From NCBI GenBank assembly GCA_002269645.1, contig NIVC01004639.1, positions 1-39,910 on the forward strand: DNA of 39,910 bases, in the 5' to 3' direction. The notes below the pieces were generated by a model. That model saw only the letters and a program-made list of their open reading frames with translations, was not told the origin of the DNA and made no database searches. This stretch comes from Macrostomum lignano. Lineage: Eukaryota. The translations under genes were made by a program, and so were the position numbers. Positions 13,301 to 25,300 of the stretch are shown in pieces (position 1 is the stretch's first letter; the number at the start of each line of letters is the position of its first letter).

Positions 13301-16300
13301 ACCTGGAGGTGTCACCAGGTTGAGCGAAAATACAAACTTCGTTGAGACGCAAGCAAGCGCTGCCGGGAGGAATCTTGATCTCCAGTAATAGGGAGATCTC
13401 AAAGTCTTCCCCGATGCTTCGAGCTGCAGCTGGGTCTCCGCCAATAACCATGATGGAATCAATAGTACCGTTGAGGCTCTCTCCTCTCAGATGTGCACCA
13501 AAGTTGAAGTTTGTTCCCGATGCCGCTGCGCTGGTTAAATTGGCGGTGCCGTTCAGAATGCGAATGTGCACTCCAATTGATAAGTTTGTGGGAACATTTC
13601 GCACCAGTGTCAACGGCGAAGGCAGAGACAGGGACTGCACGGAGCTGTCGATCACTACAAAAATAAGTAGCAAAATTAGCGAATTTTTAGAGCAACGGGT
13701 GCATCTCGAGTCTGTGGAAACTGCCTCTACGAAATTGATTCATGTTCATATCGAATATATCAATCACAGATATTTCGATATATGTAGCTCAACAACAGTA
13801 TAAATCAATGTGATATCAGAAAAATTAGCCTACATGATTTGCATTCCACTCCAACTCGCACGAATCCTTTTCGACAGGAGCACCTGGTGTCCAGTAGCTG
13901 GCCCGAAGACAGGCACACTGTATCTCCAGTGAGTGAGCAGGATGCGTCAGCATTGCAGGCCTCCCCGATAGCTTTTGCTGCAGGGTGTTTATCGGAAGAA
14001 AAAATACCGTTAAGTTTACTAGTAGAAATATTCCTATAAAATTTTCATCACTTACCAGGGTGGAAGTAGTTTTTGTTTATTAGCCTCATCACAACTTGAG
14101 CCCCGGCGCTGGTGCTTGAGGACCACCTGATGGCATCGCTCCCGGCGCATCCAGCGCAGCCCGTCAGCTTCAGTCCGTCGCAGCCCGGGGTGTACCACCA
14201 GCCGCTGCCGCCTGCGCTAGCGCAGGATGTCTGATAGCCAAAGTCAAAATTCGAGAATGTCGACGCATTGAGCGCCTCAAACAGATGCTGATCGCCGAAG
14301 TCACTGGAACAGTCTTCGACATGTAGGCCGAATTTGAGGTATGCGGGCGCAACCTTGATGCGTCTGCACTCCATGTATCTGAAACTGCCGTCAGACACCC
14401 AGGCATCGAATCTAAGCGACATGTGTTCCACATTTGTCAAATCGCTGAGGACTTGTAGGCCCGGCCAGGTGAGGTTCTCAAACTCGAAGCCAGCCTGGTA
14501 GTTTACGATTGACAAGTTCATTGAGGCTGTGGTGTTAAGATTTCGGTAGACGATCATCCAGTCGTGCTCGCAGCCGATTGCCATTCCACCAAACTGGAGG
14601 CTGTTTTTGCCAACGCATGTTGGAACTGCAAAGTAGTATGCGTGTTTGTGTGATTCTAGCGTGCTTACTACCTTCTCGTGTGAATATATACAGTAGATTC
14701 CCCACGATACTAGTATTCTGATTGCTGGATTGATTTATCAAACATTCACGCAACTTACTACTAAGGACGCATCCAAATATGTCGAACTTAAATGCGGCCG
14801 CTCCCCGGTACTGCGCTGGCATGATCCGCAACTGCTGCGTCACGATAGCGAAACTTGTGTGAAAAATCATTGCCTGATTCAGCATGTCTTCGGGTTCCAT
14901 GGATAGTCCGAGACTCTGCCAAATGATTCAAGTTAAGAGTAATTTTTGTGTCAGCAGATTTTAAAAACGGCAACATAAAAAATCATCAGCCATTTCAGAG
15001 GTGCTGTAAAACTGTTTTAAAAAAATGATGAACTACAGGAAATCATAACAAGATGTTTAAAGTAGTTCCGTTCCCATCACTTAACAGTAGAAAGACCATG
15101 GGGGTGTATTTCAAATACACACATTTTTCATCATAAAGGTTTATAGAGTGTAGTGTTGGTTGTCCTTGCCACCAGTGTCTTCGACAAGAATCGTTGAATA
15201 TCTTGACGATGCTGATGTCGGATAACTTTGAAAGTTAGTTCGTCGAAAAGGGCGGAAAATTTTGATCCATATGGTGGAATTTTAAGAAAATCGGTAATTC
15301 GGTTTGCGAGCTATCGTGAAATGGGTTGGATGTATTTGTAATACATCCCCGTGGTCTTTCCCCATGGGGAAATTAGCGTGGTCTTTCTACTGTTAAAAGT
15401 CAATTAGTCCTTTAGAAACCACTCGTACCTTGTTCAGACTTAGCGCCGTTGCTGCACTGACCCACGCAGCCGCTTCCGCTTCGAAGAACAGCAGCGTCAC
15501 GGCTGCGTAGGCAACCGGTTCGTCTCCAATCCTCAAATTGTTGCCCGCACCCATGAAGCCGAAACCGGTCACTCGAACTTGCTTATTAAATGTGATCTGC
15601 GGGTTTCGAATATTGGTTATGCCAATAAATTTACTAATGCTCCAATTTCAGAGAAGCCTTGAAACCGAATTGACCGGATGCGCACCGTCAAGAAGTATCC
15701 GTTGAAAACTCCGTTCGAGCTACTCAGAGTCGTGTACGATATCAACGAATGCGAATCGCTGCCATTCGTGGCGTTTGTCAACAGCGTTGCGCTCACGTTG
15801 GACATGGCAGAAGTCAGGCTGTGCCAGCAGTCTTCTGCTAGTGGTAGATTGGTAGTGTTCAGTAAGTCACTCGTTACTATTTACTATAATTTAACAATTG
15901 TTACTTCTTTGAAAAGCTACTTTCTTCCGTTTTACTTTTAAAAATACTTTGTTACCGATACCAAAATGATGGGTGTCAATAGATTTTTACCGATTGATTT
16001 GAGTATAATCGCGGCTGTAGCTTAGGGGGATGTAGCTTAGAGGGGTTGTAGCTTAGAGGGGTTGTAGCTTAGAGGGGTTGTAGCTTAGAGGGGTTTTAGC
16101 TTAGAGGGGTTTTAGCTAAGAGGGGTTTTAGCTTAGAGGGGTTTTAGCTAAGAGGGGTTGTAGCTTAGAGGGGTTTTAGCTTAGAAGGGTTGTAGCTAAG
16201 AGGGGTTGTAGCTAAGAGGGGTTTAAGCTTAGAGGGGTTGTAGCTAAGAGGGGTTGTAGCTTAGAGGGGTTGTAGCTAAGAGGGGTTGTAGCATAGAGGG

Positions 16301-19300
16301 GTTGTAGCTAAGAGGGGTTGTAGCTTAGAGGGGTTTTAGCTAAGAGGGTTGTAGCTTAGAGGGGTTGTAGCTAAGAGGGGTTGTAGCTTAGAGGGGTTTT
16401 AGCTAAGAGGGGTTGTAGCTTAGAGGGGTTGTAGCTAAGAGGGGTTGTAGCTAACAGGGGTTTTAGCTAAGAGGGGTTTTAGCTAAGAGGGGTTGTAGCC
16501 TAGAGGGGTTTTAGCTTAGAGGGGTTTTAGCTAAGAGGGGTTGTAGCTTAGAGAGGTTGTAGCTTAGAGGGGGATTGTAGCCTAGTGGTTAGAGCGTCGG
16601 ACTTAAAACCTGAAGGTCGGGGGTTCGATTCCCGATCACACTGAAACTATTTGTGTCCTTGAGAAAGACACTTAACTCTGCATTGCTTCAGTTCACCCAT
16701 GCAATAAAACCCATGCAGTAAAATGGGTGAAAGCATTAGCTGGGGTAATTGAGGGTGTGCGTGGTGACCCCCAGTCCTTCCCAGAACAGCCTTCAGATGC
16801 GCCGCGCAATAGCTGCAACTGAGCTGTCGGTTGCACATCTGGCCCAATTGGGGCAGGTGCAATGCAATATTATATAATATATAATATATTGAGTATATTA
16901 TTGAGTAAAATAAGGTCGTAGGAGCACAGAAAAATTATTTAATCTGAAGACCGAAACTTAATTTATCAGGGCCGTTTGCGCTTACTTCGGCAGATCTGTT
17001 CGATGAAGAACTGATTCTGCAGCCAGCTGGGCTGAAAGCCAATGGAACGCGAGTGCACGGTTGAGCTGTAGATGGCTGGCTCTCCAACACCGGCTTGAAG
17101 ACTGTTGCAGGCGCCGGCCTGGCACTTAACGAGTGCAGACTGAACGCTGCCATAGTAAAGTGCCCGCTTGCCCTCTGCATTTCCCGAGTAGTTGAAAATC
17201 ACATTGTAGAACGGCCTGCTGCAGTCCAGATGCTGATTCTCGTCTAGGAGAAAAAATAAAGACTTTTTTCAAGCTGTCACTGAAACATCAGCAAGTTAAT
17301 AATCACAAAAAATTCTTGAAAAAATTGTTAGTGGCGTTTAATAATCAAAGAACCCCACCCCGCTGGTGTAGACTGAAAAAACACAAGCAAAGCCAACTCA
17401 GATTGGAAGGCATTCTTTACAAATGAGAATTGACTAGTTAGAGTAGGGTCGGAGAACTCCCTCCCGCGGGGCCTTTGAAACCTCTCAATAGCAATCCAGC
17501 CCGCTCGAGGTTGGTGTCTCTTCTCAGCTTTCTTCTCTCCTCTCTCTGTCTCCTCTCCCCTCTTTTCTCTCTTCTCTCTCCCCCTCTCTCCTCTTTTCTC
17601 TCTTCCCTCTCCCCTCTTCTCTCTCTTCTCTCTCCCTCTCTCCTCTCTCCTCTCTCCTCTCTCTCTCCCCCTCTCCTCTTTTTTCTCATTTCTCTCGCCC
17701 CTTTATCGCTTCCCTCTCCTCTCTTCTCTCCTTTCTCTCTCTTCCATCTCCCTCCTCTTTTCTCTTCTCTTCCCTCCCCCTTCTTCGCTCTTTTCTCATC
17801 TCTCTCTCCTCTCTCCTCTCTCCTCTCTACTCTCTCCTTTCTCTTACCTCTCCCTTTCCTCCCTCGCCTCTACTCTCTCCCCTCTCTTCCCTCTCCAACC
17901 CCCGAGTTGAAGTAAGGACTCGATGCTTCCTATGTATGGTCTTCCCACAACAAAGCGATTAAGATTCCTGCCCTAAATTTATGTTTAGCGGGCTCCGGAA
18001 AAACACTGCTTCGATCCAAGATCGAGCACCAATTGAAGCCGCAGCAAAAAAACTGACCAGCCTCGATCTGGCAGATGACGTGGGCTCGGCTAGAGTCGCA
18101 ATCAACAGAAGTCCAGGCCTCTTCAGTGAGACGCGAGGTGGCGCAGGACCCGACTGCTGGCTGGCTGGGCGCCCAGTGGCTCCAAGCCAGGCTGGAGTTC
18201 GAACTCGTGACCCACTGACCGTCGGATGGGCGCTGTCTGGCGTCCATGTGAAAGCTGGCGTCGCGGCGCAGTGGCTGCTGGCTTTGATTGAATTTTCTGC
18301 AGAAATTTGTGAAAAGAGGTAATTCTGCTGCTGTAGTCTTTACATCACACGTTGGCGCTACTTTTAACATTGGAAGGACCAATTTGAGGTTCTTAAACAA
18401 CACATCTTTAGTTCTTTGCTTAAAATGTCGAAGCAAGCCAACTGACTATTTAAAATAGGATTTGGAGCGTCAAATAAAACAATTTTCGAAACAGACGTTC
18501 CTGTCGGGAGGAATTTTTAGTTAGCGCTTTCAGAAACACTAAGGCGCAATTTGACAGATGATTTGAGGAAGGCGTAGCAGAGAGTGCTTTACACCAGCCA
18601 GCTAGAGACAAAGAGAGCTATTTTACTCACAGTGACAAGTCAACATAGGCCAGTCGCAAAGCTGCATAGTCATAGTAGCTGGTTGGCTGGAACAGGCTTC
18701 CTGACTTCAGCCAGTGAACGCTCTTGCAGTAGGCCTCAGCAACAGAGCGAGGGATGCCGCCGATGCCATCGACAAGGTGGTGCCGGCAGGCGCCCTCATG
18801 ATAATAGAAGTTCACTGGACAGTCTGTTGAAAGCATTTGTACGAGGTTTGGTGAAAACAGCTGTATTAAAGCAGATGGAAACCCCACCCTCCGCAGGGCT
18901 CTGCTTGGACTCGACTGCCGGGACATCAAGGCGGGTAACCATGGCTCCCTCAGACCTCGGCTATTTTGTTAGTTATCACTACCTCCAGGAAAAATCTGCA
19001 GTGAGGAAAAAGCCCTTTCTGCCTCTCCGGTGTCGAGAATGCGGGCACTTCATCTGTGAATGTCCCGACTTTACTCAGGACAGGCTCACCTACCTCGGCC
19101 CAAACCCGGACATTCCAGGATTTTCAGGCCCGAGAATCTTTTGTCAACTCTAGTGAACATCGACCGTTACATTGGTGAGATAGGTCTTATTTTGCCACCA
19201 GCTCGTCCGCTACCTAAGGGCTACCGGGCGAGCGACCATCCACCTCATATACCATCCGGAGGGGGAACCGCACTGCAGACACCAACACCACCTAATCTCA

Positions 19301-22300
19301 CACCAGCTGCCCTCGGTCGACAGGGGTTAGCGGAATGGTCGTCAACGCAACCCTCCCCGCTACATCCTGATTCCCGGAGCCCCTGCTAAGTCAAGTAAGT
19401 CAAGCTAATGTAAAATGGCATTTTTAAGGATAACTTTTGAGTTATTTCACACGATACTTCAAAGTACTTTCCAAATGACAGCTCATCATAATTAAGCTCA
19501 CGTTCGGCAACAAATTTGAAGCACAATGCATCAATTTTATTAACCAGAGCTCAAAGGAGCAAAACTAAGTCCAAAACTTCAAAATGTTTCTTGAGTAAGA
19601 ACTTACCTCCACTTGCGCAAGCGTAGATGTTCAGGATGCTGAGACTGACAATTTCCGATGAATTGGCCTGCAGGTATCCGGACTTTGCCGCAAATGTGCG
19701 ATTTAGCCACACACGGTTTGTTCCATTGTTCACAGCTATTGTCTGCAGTGTTGGATTTGAGTTTTTTATTATTCCTCAGCATTAGCAGCGTACTTCGTAA
19801 AATATCCCAAGCTACTAGTAATTAATATATACTTTAAAGATTCACACCTGCTCCTCTGGACTGCCAGTGACCCTGAAGAGAACAACACCTTTGTCAACTC
19901 CGAGTGCCAGTCGAACATGGACCGTTACATTGGTGAGATAGCTCATATTGTGCAGCGAAAATGATATTTGCACCTGGCTTGGCGGAGCGCTCTCAACCAC
20001 GCTGAATGAACCGTTGGCCAGTGCAGGGCATTCTGTTGGTGAAACATTCGGTTGGTTTTAGTAAAAATAGAAACTACAATAGGAAAAACTTGACTCTCAC
20101 GAACTCACCAACAGGAAATGCCAGAACGGCAAACTGAAGCCTCGCATCGCCATAGTAGTGCCTTGGCGTCAGCTCAAGATATTTCACTACCAAAGAGCTC
20201 GGCAGGTCCTCAGTGAACTTCAGCTGGGAAATGACGCTGCCAAGAAGCGTGCGATCCGGCATGTTTGCTCGCGGTACATCGATAGGCAGCGTGTCGTCTG
20301 TCTGGCCGTACCGGAGGTCATATGAGCTGATGTACGACCCGTTGTAGCCTGCTGTAATCACGCTGAACACCCGATGCGGCACAGGAAAAGTCAGCCGAAC
20401 CGAGGCATTCACTGGCAGCTCGTAAAAGTTTCCAGCCAGGGCGCCAACTGCCTCCGTTAGGGGCAGCAGAAGCGACGCGGGACCATCAGGCCAGCTGGTG
20501 GCAGCGCCAGCCGATGAATGCTGCGTTCTGATCGTCAACTGGTGGGGCCACACTGGCACTGCTGGAGCTTCCAGCGACACCTGAGCTGAGCAGCCGAATA
20601 GCTCGAGTTTGCCGGCCAGCCTGCCAGTCAGGTGCAGTGGATAGAGGCGGAAGCTCCGACCCACAATGGGACTGGAGAGGCGCTCCACCGTTGAGATGCA
20701 GCTTTGAGGATATCCGGCGGGACCTCGCATAATCTATTGATGGATTATATATGATGGATTTAATCATCACTTTTCAAAGATTCTGTTTTTTTTACTGATA
20801 ATCTGGTACTTTTCTGCGTCTCTACAGGCTCACTCACTCCTGGTGCAAGGCCCCAGTAAAGTCCGGATAGCGAGTACAAAATGATGTAGCTGGTCACAGC
20901 TTCCCTTTCCAGGCCAGGCAAGCAGTAGACTCCTGACATAGCAACAGATTGCACGGTCACTTTATGCAGAAAATCCACCTGTAGCCATTCTTCCAAGCTG
21001 TTGCTGGCTGCTCTAAAGAACCCGTATGTTCCAACGCTTGAATCTGCAATGATTTATAAGTTTCAGTTTGAGTTAGGGCTGAATAGCAAACCAGTAATGA
21101 GTCTGAATCACCAATAGTGCACCCAAATTGATCTAAGGGTGACAGTGGAATTTTCGTTTGGAAAAGCCAGTTTCTAAGGGCAAAATTTTGCACAAAAATT
21201 CGCACATGCCTGAAGATAGGAGAAAGTCAGGGATGCTGTGCACACTTCAAGTGCGTACCTGCATGCTCGTACGAGCGTACTTCCTTCAGGTTGACTTTCG
21301 CCTTGATTTACTGCCGCATACATACATATTTACATGAATTTATAGCAGCAGATGGTGCTCGATAAGCACAAATCTCACTTGCCATTTGCAATATAGTTAA
21401 ACGCAATCCGCTCGGGAGAGAATCCAGCCAGACTCGACTTGGCAGTGAGGCCAACAATTTCCACCGACCGATTGTCCGCCGGATCGCGGCTGATTAGTGC
21501 GCTGTCGCAGTTCGAATCTGCAAGCCGGACGTGATTTGGAATTTTTTAAAGCAATAGATAGCAGAGGTGAAATTCGAAGGAACATCGTACCGTAGCAAGA
21601 GAACCGAACGGTGCTGTTGAGGGCTGCCAGTGGCAGTTTCTGCGACGCATCGCTTGAATCCACGGTGAATGTGGCAACTGGGCCCGACAGCCGCACTGCG
21701 CTGCAGTTTCTCGTGGCGTTCAGCTGACAGTCCAACAGTGACTTGCCTGTCGGCTCAGCACTCTGGTACAGACTTATCTCTGTCAAAGCAGACGGACTCA
21801 GGGCTGGCAGATAAATTTTGGTGTCGCATCGAGTGCCTGGAATCGCATTTGCCCGTAAAATTTATATTTTTAGAAATGAAAAGAAATATATTTTAGTCCA
21901 ATATTCCTGCAGCAACTAGGATGATGTAGGAGATGTTTACAGAACATTAATAATCACGGTAGGGGACTGACCCGGAGCTGCGGGAAGCTCGCACAGAAAC
22001 GGGTGCACCGCGATCTCGCTGTCGCAGGGCACCGTGCGCCACTGCATCCGCTCGCCAATCTCGGCTACTAGACAGTCGCCCGACTCGTTGGCACTCGCCC
22101 AGTTGTTCAGGTGAGCAGCTACGGCCTGGCCAGTGTAGGACTCAAACTGACCTGTGCTGTTGCTGCGCTGGCCGTCAATGTGCACGAACTTGTACGCTGG
22201 GATCGAGCTTAAAACATTGGGATTTATGGAATATAGATTACCTTTTCCAATGGCTGGCACGAATCGATGGATTTGACAAAAGCTGCGATAAAAATTATTA

Positions 22301-25300
22301 TTTGCCGCATTACGTAGACCCCAGGGATGCTGGCGCTTGACAAAGATAGAAACAGGCCCTTTAATTGAAAAGTCCTGGCTACGCCCTCCTGTTACTTAAC
22401 ACCCTTAGACCTCCTGGCTAATAATTTCACATATGGGGATTGGAGGTCTATCCAGTTTGCTCTGATGTTTGCTTATCGATTGATGCGAACCGACCCTGAC
22501 CTGAAGCGATCGCAAGTACAAATTATGTTGCCATGTACAGGTAACATCAATAAGTCATGCACGCCAGTTTGAAAGTACAAACCTATTTTGCAGCTGCCTA
22601 AAAATGAAGCTGAAAAGCTGCAGCTCGGTCTCGGTTGTCATGCGCGCCAGCTGACCTGCGCCCAGCCAGCTGGCGGACTGGCAGATGCTCTGAGCCACCC
22701 GCCTGTTTGCCACCGTGTGCGGCCGGTTGCTGTCCGAAAACGGCGCCCAGTAACAGAAGCGGCCGTGGCGTAGCGAATTTGTCGGGCATTCTGTGAAACA
22801 TTTGTAAGGCGACGGAAGGCTGGTCAAATTAGCTTCATTTTTGTTCTAGTACGCAGAAAATTGAGGCAGAAATTACTCCCACGCATTGTCAACTCGCGTT
22901 ACAATAAACAAACCAATCTACTCACCGAGTGGCTATGTGAGAATCCCTGAGCAGACCTCAGGTAGAGAAGTTGGAAAATAGACATGAATGCATCACGGAC
23001 ATGCATATCTAGCTGATCTGCATGTATAGACATGCATGTATATCTAGCTGATCTGCATGTATATCTAGCTGATCTGCATGAGACATGCTTGTATAGCTAG
23101 CTGATCTGCATGAGACATGCATGTATATCTAGCTGATCTGCATGAGACATGCATGTATATCTAGCTGATCTGCATGAGACATGCTTGTATAGCTAGCTGA
23201 TCTGCATGAGACATGCATGTATATCTAGCTGATCTGCATGAGACATGCTTGTATAGCTAGCTGATCTGCATGAGACATGCATGTATAGCTAGCTGATCTG
23301 CAGCAAAGCTAGCAAAGAATATAATTTCGACCTAATTTTCAAAATGTTTTTAAATTTCTACCAGAAAATGCTGTTATTAAACAGGTTTTTGCTAAAATAT
23401 TTGTTTTCGCAGAGTTCTTAAATTTTGATATAATTTCGAATTAGCATTTCTTGATACTTGATACGTCGCATATGAGCGTTGCAGCGCCCTGTGAGTTGTT
23501 TAGACAGTCATGTACGAGCGTACTCCATGCACTTCGGATTAACGGGGTATGCGTGGGAGCTAGCTACTAGTTTTCCTACCTGCCATTCGACAGCCGCGAA
23601 GCGAGATTGCAGTGCTTAGCTTGGCTGGGTCTGAGAAATTGATGAACAGTTTTGTGGTGTACACAGCCAGCGGGAGGTACTGCTCGCTCCCCAGACTGTA
23701 GTTGAACACCTGGAGCATTTAAAACGCTTAGAGATTAAATTGAGCCAATAAGGTATGAAGCTGAATGCAATGGATAGCGAGCTTTGATTACGTTTGGTGC
23801 GTCACCGCTTCTCACGGTTTGAAGACTTCCATTTCGCAAGCTGATGAAGCTCAAGCTGAATGTGGCATTTCCCGAGCCGCCGGTAAGCCTCCAACCCGTC
23901 ACAACGTGAGGACTGGATAGCAGTATTTGAGCAGAGTTGGAAGACACAGCACTGACTGTTGCCTCTGATGAGTCCAGCCAGTTACAGTCTAAATTTTAAT
24001 GCGATAATTCTGTGCACAGCTCGGGATAAAAGCTAGCAAATGGGAAACAGATTTATGAGCACTTGATAGGTTATTGAGTTTAACAGCCTCACTCACCTTC
24101 CGGATAGCCAAGAAGCTCAAACCGAAGCAACCGTAGATTCTTGGAGGCCTTCGGCAACAGCCGAACAACCTTAGCCAGAAAAGGGCTGCTGAGTGACATT
24201 CGATGGGGTGTGATGCTGTCTGTCAGACCTGTGCCGATGGTCTGCAAACAAATGAATTATTTTATAAACTTCATTGTATTTGAACACCAATTTGCACTAA
24301 GCATATTATAACACATGTTTAAAAATTGGCAAGATTCGAGGGCAATGAGCAATAAAACTCACAGTGCTGAGTCCCAGCGCTCCGTACACTGAGTAGGCTT
24401 GTAGCGAGTTGGTCGAGTTGCCATAAAAAATTTCAGCGGTTGCAACAAATGCATTGTAGCTGTTGGTTCCGTTGGCGGCCAGGTCGCTGAAAACACCACT
24501 GCCCTGCCAAACCAGACCGCAGATCATGTGAGTGACGTCCAGCTGAACCTCCAGGAAAATCTCAGTTGTTCCAACTGAAACGTTTGCGCATTTTCAGTCG
24601 CCAGAGTTCGTTTCTAGGAAAAAGTACAGAAATCCCAGGCATCCCAAACTATAGAAATCACGGGCATCCCAAAATATAGAAATCCCGGGCATCCCAAACT
24701 ATAGAAATCTCGGGCATCCCAAAATATAGAAATCCCGGGCATCCCAAACTATAGAAATCTCGGGCATCCCAAAATATAGAAATCCCGGGCATCCCAAACT
24801 ATAGAAATCCCGGGCATCCCAAACTATAGAAATCACGGGCATCCCAAAATATAGAAATCCCGGGCATCCCAAACTATAGAAATCCCGGGCATCCCAAACT
24901 ATAGAAATCCCGGGCATCCCAAACTATAGAAATCCCGGGCATCCCAAACTATAGAAATCCCGGGCATCCCAAACTATAGAAGTCCCAGGGATCACAAACT
25001 ATAGAATTCCCAGGCATCCCAAACTATAGAAATCCCAGAGATCGCAAACTATAGAATTCCCAGGCATCCCAAGCCTAACGGCTCTCACCGGTAGGAAAGA
25101 AAGCGGCGGGTGGCAGACCGCCGAGCATCGGTCGGTTCAGCGCCGCCATGAAAGGAGTCGGGTGGCTGAAGCCGTCAAAGGGACTGACTGGAGCGGTCTG
25201 TCCGACTCCCAGCTGAGTGACTTGGACTCTGCCGTCCTCCAGTCCGATTGCAGAGTTGATATAGTAGTACGCGGCTAAAATTCAAATTTTTAAGTTAACC

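Noticed and set aside
16569-16645. tRNA genes at the SINE heads (also 12830-12907, 37150-37223, 33728-33799, 4100-4160)
   Set aside because: No complete acceptor stem pairing; each head continues into a shared or SINE-like body.
17438-17915. ORFs 17475-17915 (+) and 17438-17689 (-)
   Set aside because: Translations of the CT tract; low-complexity artefacts.
24575-24615. Apparent premature TGA (NSGD*KCANV) upstream of exon 24363-24574
   Set aside because: A closer phase-1 acceptor (tttcag at 24575) excludes it and gives a good discoidin reading, FFPT-VGTTEIFLEVQL.
24699-24917. 72-aa repetitive ORF
   Set aside because: Translation of the 25-bp array inside an intron.
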